DNA of 64,000 bases from Octopus vulgaris (lineage: Eukaryota): assembly GCA_951406725.2 (NCBI GenBank), contig OX597840.1, positions 1,054,001 through 1,118,000 of the forward strand, read 5' to 3'. The first letter of the stretch is position 1; the number at the start of each line of letters is the position of its first letter. A program made the position numbers and the translations under genes. A model generated the notes under the pieces. That model did not search any database and was not told the origin of the DNA. It saw only the letters and a program-made list of their open reading frames with translations. Of this stretch, positions 44,723 through 58,708 are shown piece by piece.

Positions 44723-45088
44723 TTGTTTTTTCCTTCTTTCTTCAAATTTTCCTCCATTTCTCGCCAAGTGTTTTCCGTACACCTAGGGCAGAGAAGCTCA
44801 TTGTATTCATTTAGGATTACACACGTAAATTCACAGGTAAAATATGTATTTAAAAAATTATTAAATAAAAAAATTCATGAATGGACGTTGTTTTCACAGC
44901 GATAATGCTCTTCTCAGTACATGGGTCGTTCCAGTTAACACGATTTTTTGCACTTCCTGTAGGGATGTTAAACCTGGTATCATTTTCAAATAGCTTTCAG
45001 TACCTTTTTATATCATTCATAGAGATCCTACAATCACTGGTACTGTAGTTGCCTTGAGATGCCACATTTTTTTTCAATTTCTATTAGG
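44723..45088 (-). mobile_element. R4/Dong 3' fragment, same family as 41.3 kb
   Basis: Reverse complement homology to 41400-41648; (TTA)n tail at 44700-44722. Confidence 0.8.
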
Positions 45089-45152
45089 AATGAACCCGGT
45101 ACCATGAGGTTGGCAAGCAAGCTACTTACCGCACAGCCCCTCCTGCGCCTAT

Positions 45153-46005
45153 TAGGGAAGAATTCTACAAGTAATTTACGACAGCAGTTCTTGGTCGTTG
45201 CCTGTTGGTATCGGTGTGATTTTCAGTCCTTTTGACAGAAGTTGGATTTCCTCATCGTTAAGATCTCTTTTGGATAAATTAATTATTTTCGGATCTATAC
45301 GTTCAGTTCTTTTGGGTATGCTTCCTCTTGGATTTTTCTGCCTCCGGTGTATGTTGTCTGATGTTAAGAAATGTATTTTTTCTGTTTTTGATTTATGTTC
45401 CTGTTGATGTTTGCTTGATGAACTTGGCGACTTGGTTATGGTATTTTACTTGGTTTCGTTATATTTTCTGTCCTGGTTTTTGTGTTATGCCTATTATTTT
45501 TCAAGTTTTTGTTTTCAACAACCTGGGGAAATGATCTAGGGTCACTTTTTGATCTAGATCGGTTTTCACCTTGTTTTTTTTGTAGGTAATCTCTGTTGAG
45601 ATCTTGAAAATGATCTGTTATTTCTATTCCTAATGGTCTGATCAAATGAATATTTATCATGTTTCTGCTCTTTGTTCATATTGTGTGCTTTAGGGTGCTG
45701 GCGTACAAAAAGGGAAGAATTCTTACCGTAGTTTATCTTCTATTCATGGTGAAACGAGCGTTGATATTCCTACGTGTTCTAGCGTATGTTACATTGGTGA
45801 GATTGTCCAATTTTAATGCTATTTTTCTGGGTTCTAGAATCTTTACCGAAACTTGTAGCATATTTGTCGAGAGATAATTGTTCCAGCAGCCATAACATTC
45901 TTGATCTAGTTTCTTCTTTTGAGATATCTCCGATCCTCACTTCTCATATGATTTCTGCTATATTGCCAGTCGTTAGTTTTGATATTTCGTATCAAATTTG
46001 ACAAT
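45153..46005 (-). pseudogene. PLE N-terminal region remnant
   Basis: PKIINLSKRDLNDEEIQLLSKGLKITPIP resembles the PLE VxNLS..L...E..LL.KGL.F.P motif. Confidence 0.7.
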
Positions 46006-46024
46006 AGATAGCTTCGTATATATC

Positions 46025-46362
<338 letters not shown>

Positions 46363-47049
46363 AGATAAAGAGAACGAGAGAGTGAGAGAGTGATAACGAG
46401 AGAGGCACACACACATGCACGCACCCATATACATATATACGTGCATATATACAAACGCTTATGTATTAATATGGCCTCTCTTTATACGCTATAGTTAAGG
46501 ATATTTACATTATTCTCAATTAAAAGCTTCCGAAATGGACGCCACTCGGAAGTGTAGACATGTGTATATGCGTGCTTGCATGTATATGTGTATGTGTGTG
46601 TGCGTATCCATATATATACTTACATATACCCGCATATATATATACATATAGATACATACGTATATATTCATATAATATTTTGACGATGTCTGCTTCATCC
46701 TGTCAGCTGTTAGTCTTCTCATTGATATAACTATCTAAGCATTGATTCAACTATCTTTGAATTATCGTGGCCAATCTCTTGCGCGACACTTATATCATTT
46801 ACCAAATGTTAATGGTTAAATGTCTGCTGATATATGCTTCAATCCCGAGAAGACTGGAAACTGCTTGAATCGCAGATTTATATTAGCGTACCTTCCAGTA
46901 GGTTCTAATATGTTATGAAGTCTACAGTTACACTAAGTGGTTAATAATCTTCTGACTTTAAAAGATTGATTGTACAGGCTTTGTGTCTCTAGGTTTATGT
47001 ACAACTAAATATATATGTGTGTGTGTGTGTGTGTGTGTATAATAATCTT

Positions 47050-47290
47050 TTATTCATTTACTTGTTTCAGTCCTTTAAATGCAGCCATGCTGGAGCACCG
47101 ACCTAAAGGCTGCTTTTTAGTCGGAGACATCGATCCAAGGACTCGTGCTACCGAGTTCTTTTCCCGAACCGTTAAGTTACTTGGGACGTAAGCACACCAG
47201 CATCGGTTGTCAGGCGACGATGGTCGGGACAGCACAAAGTCATTCACAAAATTAGATACACACACACACACGTATGTATATATGTATGCA

Positions 47291-47349
<59 letters not shown>

Positions 47350-47660
47350 GGCGGGCTTCTATCTCCGAATTTCACTCACAAGGATTTGGTTGGACCGAGG
47401 CTATATCAGAAAACTGAACCAGACACAATATGGTTGGGAAGCAAGCGTCTTTTTTTTTCTACTCTTGTCACAAGGCCCGAAATTTTGGGGTAGGGCGATA
47501 GTCGAATAGTCGATTACATGGATCCCAGTACGCAACTGGCACTTAATTTATCGACCCCGAAAAGATGAAACGCAAAGTCGATCTCGGCGGAAATTGAACT
47601 CAGAACGAAAAGACATATGAAATACCTATTTCTTTATTGCCCACAAGGGGCTAACATAGA
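47050..47660 (-). mobile_element. Degenerate family 2 SINE followed by family 1 SINE
   Basis: Homology to intact copies elsewhere in the window. Confidence 0.75.
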
Positions 47661-48134
47661 AGGTACGTTCACAATATTGGGGGACTAAAATTATAATAAG
47701 GAGGCATAAAGAAAGAAGCAAAATTAAAAGAAACGAATGAATCATGAAAAAGATGATATAACGAGGCAGAGTGCACACTCGAGCCCCGAAGTCGTTGGTT
47801 ACATCGAAACCATGTTGCCGTTCAATCATACTTATCTTAACTCCAGCAGTTCAATACCGTGTTCATTTTTTAGTTCGGTACAACAGGTCTGTTTTGGCAA
47901 TTGCTCTCTTTCCCCGATCACCTTCCACAACTCAATACTCTTATCATACTTTTTTACTATTTCCATTTGTGCCTTATTTAACAATTGGCATATCATAGGA
48001 CCACCATCGACACCCCAGAATTCCACTTCAACCACATCCTTCCACTCGCTCACCCGGTTTACAACGTCATCCTCCGCGTCCGCATAAACCTGGATATGTA
48101 TGTATGTGAGAATTTATATATATATATATGTATG

Positions 48135-48167
<33 letters not shown>

Positions 48168-48213
48168 GTATGTATGTATGTATATATGTATGTATGTATG
48201 TATGAATGTATGT

Positions 48214-48559
48214 GAAGGCACATGGCTCAGTGGTTAGAGCGTCGAGCTTACGATCGTGAGGTTGTGAGCTCGAATCCCGGTCCGGGCTGCGTGTTGCGTT
48301 CTTGAGCAAAGCACTTTATTTTTCACGTTGCTCCAGTTCACTCAGCTGTAGAAATGAGTTGCGACGTCTCTGGTGCCAAGCTGTATCGACCTTTGTCTTT
48401 CCCTAGGATAAAACTGGTGGCGTGGAGAGGGGAGGCTGGTACGCATGGGCGACTGCTGGTCTTCCATAAACAACTTTGCCCGGACTTGTATCTTGGAGGG
48501 TAACTTTCTAGGTGCAATCCCATGGTCATTCGTGACCGAAGGGGGTCTTTACTTTACTT
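48214..48559 (+). mobile_element. tRNA-derived SINE (family 3), full length
   Basis: A box TGGCTCAGTGG, B box GCTCGAATCC, CTTGAGCAA..CACTT core, CTTTA repeat tail. Confidence 0.85.
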
Positions 48560-48562
48560 ATG

Positions 48563-48632
<70 letters not shown>

Positions 48633-49452
48633 CATACATACATACATCTATGCGTGCGTGGGTACACTATATACTACGAACTCTAACACAGTTTCGATTT
48701 AACTTATTCATACACAGTTTATCAGTTCATGTTTTTGATATACTATAAGACAGATGCCGCATGTGCCACGAATTGTTAATGATTCCCCGTATCATTTATG
48801 GAAGAAACGGCTTACTTAAATACACGCTCTACACTGCCCCTGCTTTCCCCTCCGTTCAAAACGCTTTCTTTTATTATGATATATTACACTAATTCGACAA
48901 TCTACGAATATATAGGAAAACACATAAAGTGAATGAATCCAATTCTGCTAAATAAATACGATGTACGATAAATTTATATTTCATTACATTCAATTGTGCG
49001 TAATTAAAATACGGTAAATACATCACCTGTAATTTCATCGCCTGGTAATTTAATGCCGTGGCGTTTAATTGAATGCCAAGCAAATAACAACTTTGGTAAA
49101 TTCTTCTCCGTGCCAAATATATTGTCGGTAAAAATCAACGCTACTCTTTTTGGCTGCAGAATATATACATCGCTAAACATCACTTAAACTTTTTGATCTC
49201 TGGAGGAACTGCGACATTAAGTATCATATAGATTCGTTATATATACATTAGATACATCACTAAGCCTCGTTAAAAAATTTTATTTTCAGATTAACTATAT
49301 TGCTAAAGATAATTTTATTCGCTGAGTGAACGTAGAGTCAACGAACGGTTCACCGTTCATACGGCCAGAGTATTTGCTCCTCTGAATAATATTTAAGCCG
49401 TTTATCTGCAAACTCAACGCATTGCTAATCATCTAATAATCTTATTCTTAAA

Positions 49453-49935
<483 letters not shown>

Positions 49936-50090
49936 AATGTGACAATAAAATTATTGTCGAAACAAAAATATATTTTCTCTATATATAGTTAATTTTAATT
50001 TAAGATTATATATAGATTATATGCCTTACTGAATATAATTTAGGCATTTTATCTGCAGTGCAAATACAACTTTAAATATAATTTAAACGT

Positions 50091-50256
50091 AGGCATAGGA
50101 AAGGCTGTGTGGTAAGTAGCTTGCTTACTAACCACATGGTTCCGGGTTTAGTCCCACTGCGTGGCATCTTGGGTAAGTGTTTTCTACTATAGCCTCAGGT
50201 CGACCAATGTCTTGTGAGTGGATTTGGTAGACGGGAACTGAAAGAAGCCCGCCGTA

Positions 50257-50332
<76 letters not shown>

Positions 50333-50763
50333 TTTGTGTGTCTATGTTTGTCCCCCCCCCAACATTGCTTGACAACCGATGCTGGTGTGTTTACGTCCCC
50401 GTAACTTATCGGTTCGGCAAAAGACAACGCTAGAATAAGTACTAGGCATACAAAGAATAAGACCTCGACTAAAGGTGGTGCTCCAGCATGGCCACAGTCA
50501 AGTAAAGAATGAAACAAGTAAAAGAGTAAAGAGAGTAGACGTAGGAGTGGCCGTGCGGTTAGTAGCTTGCTTACGAACTACATGGCCGACCAAAGCCTTG
50601 TGAGTGGATTTGGTAGACGGAAACTGACGGATTTGGTAGACGGCTTTGGTCGGCCCGAGGCTATAGTAGAAGACACTTGCCCAAGGTGCCACGCAGTGGG
50701 AATGAACCCGGAACCATGTGGTTGGTAAGCAAGCTACTTACCACACAGCCACTCCTGCGCCTA
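50091..50763. mobile_element. Family 2 SINE cluster: full copy plus rearranged +/- pair
   Basis: 50091-50535 (+), 50538-50640 (+, deleted), 50643-50763 (-). Confidence 0.85.
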
Positions 50764-52098
50764 TGGTCATTATTACTTGTAAGGGTCCGTAGTATCTATT
50801 TGTCCTTTCATCGAGCTGTTTATTTTCCCGTAGCCTGGGGAGACGTTTACGTTGGTTTATATTTATCGACTGTTTGATGTTTAGTTCTTCTTCTGCTTTT
50901 GTTATTTCTTCCGTCGATTCATCTCCGTCCTCGGTTACATCTGCTCTGTTATGGCGCCTATCTCATTATCTCATTCTTATCTACATGTTAGTACATCACT
51001 TAACATAATTTGATTGTTTACTGGCAAATCGAGCCCAGGAGTTATTCTTTGTAAGCGTAGTACTTATTGTATCGGTGTCTTTGCCGAAACGCTAGGTTAC
51101 GTGGAAGTAAACACACCACCATCGCTTTTTATTCGCCGGGTAAATGCATCGATAAATAACAGAAACTTTTTCTGCTGAGTAAATACACCGTTACACATTG
51201 AAACTTTTTTCCAACGGATTTTATATGATATTAAGCATATTTGAAGCTTTTTATCTTTAGAATAATTACATTTATAAACTTCATTTAACCTTTTCACCTA
51301 CAGAGTGTATACGTCGCTGAAAGTTGTTAAACTTTTATGTAGAGATTAAAGAACATATCGAACTTAATTCAAGTCCTTTGTTCTCTGAGTGTGTAGATCG
51401 ATAAACATCATTGAAGTTTTCTGATTAACAGAGTAAACACATTGATAGATAATATTACATAATCATTTGATTTGAAAATGGAGTACATCACAAAATATTA
51501 TGTCATCTTTTGAAACCCAATAAAAATACATCGCTAACCATCATTTAAGCTTCATTTTTTTTATGTACATATTAAATACATTGCAATAGCTATTATAAAA
51601 GGCACTTTTATCTGCAGGGTAAATACATCGCTAAGCATTATTTAATTTTTTTTTTTACCTGCAGTGTCGATGCATTAATAATTGCGTGCAACTTGCGAGA
51701 AATGTGTTTGATATGTAAAATATGAATATCTAAACTTGCTACATCGCTACATTTGATGATTATTTCGGTGGATGCAAGGCTAAAGTGGAAACAATAATCT
51801 CTGATATATATAGGGAGAGTTTACGAAAAACAACAAAAGACGAAGACAGGTGGTGTACAAAACAGATGTACTAGTATATATATATATATATATTATAAAA
51901 TGAGATAGGGGTTGAAAATTCTATTGTATTATATGGGTAAAGGTAATAATATTACCGTAAATTAATACTACAAAATTAGAGAATGGAGAAACATACTTAA
52001 ATCAGTAAAACATGAACTATCTGATGGTACTCAATCCATACTTTAATACACCATTACATATGAGTGAATTAAATTAAATTTGTTATAATAGTGAAGTA

Positions 52099-52139
<41 letters not shown>

Positions 52140-52281
52140 TATATTAATAATAAATATTAGGGAATAAATCCAAACTTACAGGGAAAAATCAGATTTAGGA
52201 TTGAATCCAATTTTATAGTAAAATATTATATTATATTATATTATATTTGCCTAATAGTGGTTTTATCTCTAATTTAATATA

Positions 52282-52366
<85 letters not shown>

Positions 52367-52375
52367 TGTATATAT

Positions 52376-53104
52376 AGTGAGAATTTATAAAAAGAAGCAA
52401 AAGAAGAAGATGGATGTGTAGACAACAAACAGATGTATTGGTTTAACATTCTGGAAGTGAGAAAGTCTTTTATGTCTCGAGCCTACGCCCTTCGACTGAA
52501 AGGAACACAGAAATGAAAATAGAAAAGGTTTTTAGGCTAGCAATGTATCATAGCGAATGCCGGACAGAGAGGCCATACAGGAGAGGTAGGAAGAAGGGGA
52601 AATAATAAAGTAGTGGTGATCCCAAAACGAAGGTGCGCGTGAGTAAGTATGTGAGAGCATGTGTGTGCGTGTGGAAGGGCGCTGATGACCTTGACGTGCG
52701 CTAGTGTGCATGTGTAGGTGTGTGGATGATGGTGTAGGTGCTGTGAAGTGGTCAGTTCTAGTATGTGCGCTTGTGTGGGTGCTGAGATGTGGTCAGAGCT
52801 AGTGTGTGCGTGGTAGTGTGATGTGGTGTGGTATGGTGGTGCGTGGTGTGGTTGGGGCGTGGGGAAGGCGAGAGTGGGGAACGCCAGGGTGGCGTCTAAG
52901 GGATGGGATGTATAGTGATGGTGGGGTTAGAATGTGTAGGGTGGGGTAACGAGGGGATGAAAATGAAGAGAAAGGGTGGTAGGGAGTAGGTGTGTAGGAG
53001 TGAAGAGAGGAAATAGGTACCAGAGCAAGGGAGAAGAGGTGGGTGGGAGGACGTAGGTGTGAGGGTAAGACAGGAGCGAGGACGATGGTTAGATGAAGAG
53101 GGGA

Positions 53105-53107
<3 letters not shown>
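52376..53107 (-). mobile_element. PLE-like 3' region with degenerate hammerhead at 52467-52502
   Basis: CUUU-CAGUCGAA-GGGC(GUAG)GCUC-GAGACAUA-AAAG; long pyrimidine-rich sense tract; related 3' end at 51810-51875. Confidence 0.55.
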
Positions 53108-53187
<80 letters not shown>

Positions 53188-53266
53188 TCTGATACAGATA
53201 TGAATGTACGTATGTATGTATGTATGTATGTATGTATGTATGTATGTATGTATGTATGTATGTATG

Positions 53267-53297
<31 letters not shown>

Positions 53298-53321
53298 ACA
53301 TGTATATATACACACACGTGT

Positions 53322-53632
53322 GGAGGCGCAATGGCCTAGTGGTTAGGGCAGCGGACTCGTGGTCGTAGGATCGCGGTTTCGATTTCCAGACCGGGTGTTG
53401 TGGGTGTTTATTGAGCGAAAACACCTAAAGCTTCACAAGGCTCTGACAGGGAGTCGTGGTGATCCCTGCTGTACTCTTTCGCCACAACTTTCTCTCACTC
53501 TTGCTTCTGTTGGCCTGCTCGCTTAGCCAGCGGGGTGGCGTCATTTGAAGGCTAAAACAAGGGGAAGCGCATTGTGACCAGCGATGTGTAATAACATCTG
53601 ATAGCCTGGTCAGTCACGGTGATCACGGTGAT
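53322..53632 (+). mobile_element. tRNA-derived SINE (family 5) with RTE-like 3' tail
   Basis: TGGCCTAGTGG A box, GTTTCGATTTCC B box; tail TGTGACCAGCG...CTGGTC...GTGATC resembles the RTE at 12.1 kb; head fragment also at 35084-35143 (-). Confidence 0.8.
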
Positions 53633-54427
53633 ATACACACATTACGTATCTTCCTATCATCAAGCGCATTATTTACATAAACTTATTCGTATACGAAAAG
53701 ACTCATCTTTCACAACTGGCTCTATTTTCAATAGATATTTTATAGAGATTGCTCTAAAACGTGAAGTTATTTACAATGTTTATCTGCAAATTAAGTACAT
53801 CGATCCAAACATTATTCAAAGGTTTTGGTCCGTATAGGAAATGTCATTTCAATATATATGCACGGTAAATGTTTCGCTATACGTCATTTGTAGTTTCTTT
53901 TTTTCTCACGAAAAATCCATCCTTAAGCCGCATTTATACATTTTATCCGCAAACTCTCTAAACATGATTAAAATTTATTAGCTACCCAGTAAATAAAACC
54001 TTAACCATCATTTTAAATTTTTTGCCTCTACAGATGAAATACATCGATCTGTAATGTATTTAATCCGTTTTTTATCCGCGAGCAAATTCATTTCTATCAT
54101 TTAAGCGTCTTATCCGCAGAGCAAATACCTCGCTAAACGTCATTGAAACCTCTTATCCGCAGAATAAACGCATCACTTAACGTCATTTAAATTTCCTTAC
54201 TCCAAGGAAATACCTCACTAAACATCACTTAATTTTTTTATTCTCCTAGCCAATACTTTGTTACAAAGATAAAAAATTATTATTAAATTTGCTTAACATA
54301 TACATGAAACAGAAAATAAAAAAAAAAATTTATTTAAAAAAAAAATAGAACCACAAAACATGCAGCCAACAGATCATATAAAGCAGTTATTTTGAATGTG
54401 AAGAAGAAAGAAACATCCTCAAAAGAG

Positions 54428-54660
54428 TTAATTATGAGCCATGCCTCTTAAATAATCCAGTATGCAAGGTTTTTGATGTTTCTTGACGATCCGTGTAATT
54501 CTTGCTACATAAACTGTATAGTGTTTTTTTTTTATTTTTCACCATGTTCGATTTCTGCACCAGTGATATGCAGTTTGATCATTGCATCGCTTCTTGTTTG
54601 ATTCTTTTCCAAGATTTTTCTCAAAATCTAAAAATTTCCAGTTCACAGAATGAAATATTA
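54428..54660 (-). pseudogene. Mutator-like (MULE) transposase C-terminal remnant
   Basis: HSVNWKFLD ... KHYTVYVARITRIVKKHQKPCILDYLRGMAHN* resembles the H..IWKF...LDYLRxIAHN terminus of animal MULE transposases. Confidence 0.7.
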
Positions 54661-56014
54661 TTTTTATCTCTTTGAATTTCGTTTTCATTGCTCATGAAAT
54701 GAAACGTATTTATTCTGCAAATAAAGATCTTTTATGTGATGTTTAGCGATGTATATACTCTGCGGATAAAAAGTATGACGATGAATTTATTGACGATGCA
54801 TTCTTTCACCAGATAATTACAAAGCAGTGATATTCAGGCGATGGACTTACTACATTGTAATTACTCGTGATGGCTTTAGAACAAACTTAAGAATTTATGC
54901 TGGTGAACTTATTGACGTCTGAATTAAAATCGTCTGGTCGTTAAATAATAAAACGTATTAGTCATTCCTGTTACCATATAATTTCAACTCAACGCGACAA
55001 AACTAAATTTTATAAAGCTTATGTTATGGCGGGTTTTACGGTTATGTTTTACGGTCTTTCGTGTTTCGTTTGCAATGTTGCTATCAACGAAGAGAAGATT
55101 TGAATACATGATAAGGAAAGTCACATTTTAATTAATCTCCTTGTTCTTGTCAGACATGACTAATCGAAAAGTCATCATCATTATCAGCAATGTCATGGTC
55201 GTCACCATAAACACCCCCTTATGATCATCCACAACAACAACGTCACCATCATAATTCCCACCACCACCACCAACACCACCACTACCACCGCCGCCGCCAC
55301 CACCAACACCATCACCAACACCATCATCATCATCATCGTCATCATCATCATCATCATCATCATCATCACCATCATCACCATCATTACCCTCACCACATCA
55401 TCATCGCCATCATCACCACCACCACCACCACCACTACCATCATCATCATTATCATCTTCATCGTCATCATCATCAACATCATCATCATCGTCATCAACAT
55501 CATCATCATCGCTAAAAGTCAAAAACATATTGACGGCCGTCACGTTTGAGCGAGTAAGTCTTACTAATATTTAACATGATTTTCCTAAATGCTTCTGTTC
55601 AGGTGACTATGCAGTCCCTAAGAAATGCATGCACACACTTGCCCTCACAATCCCCCCCACACCTTAAAACACCGCTTGACAACCTGTCTTTGTTTGTTTG
55701 CGTCTACGTAGCAACGTTTCGGCAAAAGAAACGCATTACTAAACATAAAACGAAAAAGTCCTGGGTTCGATTTCTTCCAAACACTGAAACAAGTAAAAAA
55801 TGAAAGGGATAAAAAGATAAAAGAAGGGGGCTGTGAGGTAAGAAGCTTGCTTCCCAATCACATGGTTCAAGGTTCAGTTTAAAGCGTGGCATGTTGGACA
55901 AATCTCTTCTATTATAACCTCGAACAAACCAAAGTCTTGTGAGTGGGTTTGGTGGACGGAAACTGAAAGACGTCCGTTATATATATATATATATATGTAT
56001 ATATAATACTTTAC

Positions 56015-56710
56015 AAATTGGACCAATACGGTAATAACGAATTTTTTAGAGATTTCTATCGGTTTGTTTCGAGACGCATTAATTTAATTGTTATCGACAA
56101 TTTTTTTGTTTCGGCGTATCTGTCATTTGAATTTTTCTTCTGCCCTCATCTTGTAAATTATGTATAAATTTTACCTTTAAAGGCATTTTTTGATATGCTG
56201 GCCATTGATAAAAATTTTTTCCCGAAAAAATTTTTATCCTATATCAATTATAAATAGATTAGTGTTTCACTCTCGGATTCTATCACTCTGTGAAAGTTTC
56301 TAGTTCGAATCACACGTGTCCCGAGGTGCGCCTAAGATTTTTCTATTTGGATATATTTGGGGTACTTAAGTCTGCTCGAGGCTTGGTGCTTGCTTCTTCC
56401 GTGGGTATGAATAAGTACTTCATTTATATCTCGCGTATGTGCCGCTGAAGAGGGGAGAATTTCTTGTGAATTAACCCCGAAATTGGGCCAATACGGTAAT
56501 AACGAATTTTTTAGAGATTTCTATCGGTTTGTTTCGAGACGCATAAATTTAATGGTTATCGACAATTTTTTTGTTTCGGCGTATCTGGCATTTGAATTTT
56601 TCTTCTGACCTTATCTTGTAAATTATGTATAAATTTTACGATTACAGGCATTTTTTGATATGCTGGCAATTGATAAAATTTTTTTCCCGAAAAAAATTTT
56701 ATCCTATATC

Positions 56711-56716
<6 letters not shown>
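56015..56716 (+). mobile_element. Retrozyme-like tandem, 465-bp monomer x1.5 (family D)
   Basis: 56015-56250 is repeated at 56480-56716; (TA)n flanks; HHR at the monomer junction. Confidence 0.85.
56441..56497 (+). ncRNA. Type I hammerhead ribozyme (family D)
   Basis: GCCG-CUGAAGA-GGGG...CCCC-GAAA-UUGG(G)CCAA-UA-CGGU. Confidence 0.88.
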
Positions 56717-56750
<34 letters not shown>

Positions 56751-56786
56751 CGAAACTAACTATGACTTAATTTTTCCTCTCACACC

Positions 56787-56837
56787 GTCTCGATGTAGGT
56801 ATATTATTAATTAATATCCTAGAAACAGCTGTAAGAC
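56787..56837 (+). ncRNA. Degenerate hammerhead (core deletions)
   Basis: GUCU-CGAUG-UAGG...CCUA-GAAA-CAGCUG-UA-AGAC; all three stems retained. Confidence 0.6.
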
Positions 56838-56897
56838 CTATCTATAAATGCTCTAATATCTATAAAGCCTTGGATTTTATCTTATTACGCAAAAAAT

Positions 56898-56950
<53 letters not shown>

Positions 56951-56954
<4 letters not shown>

Positions 56955-57142
56955 TAATCCAAACATGAAAACACAAAGAGAAAACACAACAACACGAGGG
57001 CGTGGAACAAGTATAGTATTATTGGACGCTCAGTAATGAAGGGAAGACGGAGGGTTTAACGTTTCGAGCGGAGCTCTTCGTCAGAAACATGGGAAAAGGA
57101 AAGATCCGGAGAAAGGAAGACGGAGGAAAAAAATCGCCAACG

Positions 57143-57145
<3 letters not shown>
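56951..57145 (-). mobile_element. HHR element family A with intact hammerhead at 57054-57088
   Basis: GUUU-CUGACGAA-GAGC(UCC)GCUC-GAAAC-GUU-AAAC; stem I GUUU/AAAC. Confidence 0.85.
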
Positions 57146-57200
<55 letters not shown>

Positions 57201-57901
57201 GTAATGTTTGTGTGTTCTTGTCCTCCCACCATTGCTTGACAACCGATGATGGTGTGTTTACGTCACCGTAAATTGGATGTTCAACTAAAGGGCAAGTTCT
57301 AGGCTTACAAACAACAAGCCCTGGCGTCGATTTGTTCAGCTGAAACCATTTAAGGCGGTGCTCCTGCATGGCCACAATGCCTGAAACAAGCAAAAGAATA
57401 CAATAATAAAAGAATACATACTATGAAACCAGTAAAATCTGCAATCTCAAAATATTTCCCATTTGCGTTACCATAGTATTTCATTTGTCTATTATCAAGA
57501 TGAAGTCCTTTTATGACATAAACTAGTTTATATACAGTAAAAACCCAACAATTATCTGTCCTATTGATCTTCCATAACGCTAACATAAAAAAATATATTT
57601 AGTTCACATTTGTTAAATCTTTGTCGTTGTACTTCGTTGTAAACGAAACCCTTTAATATAACCAAACGGTTGTGATATCTATTTAATTATTATTTTTGTG
57701 TTGTTGCTATTGTCGTATTATTATTCAATTATGAATTAGCTAGAAAATATTGAATGTAACCTCTTTGTCATTAACAGTTATTAATGTTTTGAAACGAATG
57801 AAATAACAATGATTCACATGAAATATTAATATTAATTATAAATATTAAAAATATGTATTGCTCTCCACTACATGTGTTTGCTATATAAATTGAGACACAC
57901 A

Positions 57902-57947
<46 letters not shown>

Positions 57948-58089
57948 TTGCTCTCGACTACATGTGTTTGCTATATAAATTGAGACACACACATATTTAT
58001 ATAGGAATCGAACTTTCTTCAATGCAGTTAAACTCACACCCTCATTTGTATCTACCCCTTTTGATGTTTGGGAATCTCTGATGTTTTTT

Positions 58090-58173
58090 TCGGCTGACGA
58101 GTACGAGCCATCTATATTTACTGCATTTTTTGTAGCTTATTAAATATGTCCTCGTACGAAACAATTGTACCGA
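58090..58173 (+). ncRNA. Type I hammerhead ribozyme (family G)
   Basis: UCGG-CUGACGA-GUACGAG...CUCGUAC-GAAA-CAAUUG-UA-CCGA; element ~58003-58205 ends in (TA)n. Confidence 0.9.
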
Positions 58174-58223
58174 GATTTTAATCCATTCTTGTTGCTTTTT
58201 TCCTATATATATATATATATATA

Positions 58224-58440
58224 TAGTTAATCCAAACAAGAAAACACGAACAAACAAAAACAAAACACAACAACGCGAGGACGTTGAACAAATAAAGTAT
58301 TATTGGACGCTCAGGAAAGAAGGGAAGAAGGAAGGTCTAACGTTTCGAGCGGAGTTCTTCGTCGGAAACATAGGAGAAGGAAAGATCCCGAGAAGGGAAG
58401 AAAGAGGAAAAAAAATCGCCAGCAGTACTCACGAGGTCAC
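58224..58440 (-). mobile_element. HHR element family A (CCGACGA core)
   Basis: Hammerhead motif at 58335-58369; homology to the 57.0 kb copy. Confidence 0.8.
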
Positions 58441-58442
58441 AC

Positions 58443-58518
<76 letters not shown>

Positions 58519-58521
<3 letters not shown>

Positions 58522-58668
58522 GGAGTAAACACATAAATGTGAAAAAGGTGGAAAAAGAGAGTACTCAAATACCAGTGGTGGAGTAATATGCTTTATTTAA
58601 AAACAGCAGAAATTCAACAAAACCTGTTACTCGGAGTTTCACGTTCCCGTTCGTCGGACAGTTTTGTT
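58519..58668 (-). mobile_element. HHR element family B with hammerhead at 58624-58661
   Basis: CUGU-CCGACGA-ACG(GGAA)CGU-GAAA-CUC(C)GAG-UA-ACAG. Confidence 0.85.
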
Positions 58669-58708
58669 AAAATTTCAAATATATATTATATATATATATA
58701 TATATATA

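Noticed and set aside
47832-48053. 73-aa ORF with normal composition
   Set aside because: No recognisable motif or splice support; left unassigned.
48214-48290. tRNA gene
   Set aside because: A/B boxes are present but run into a SINE body and tail; it is a tRNA-derived head. The same applies at 53322.
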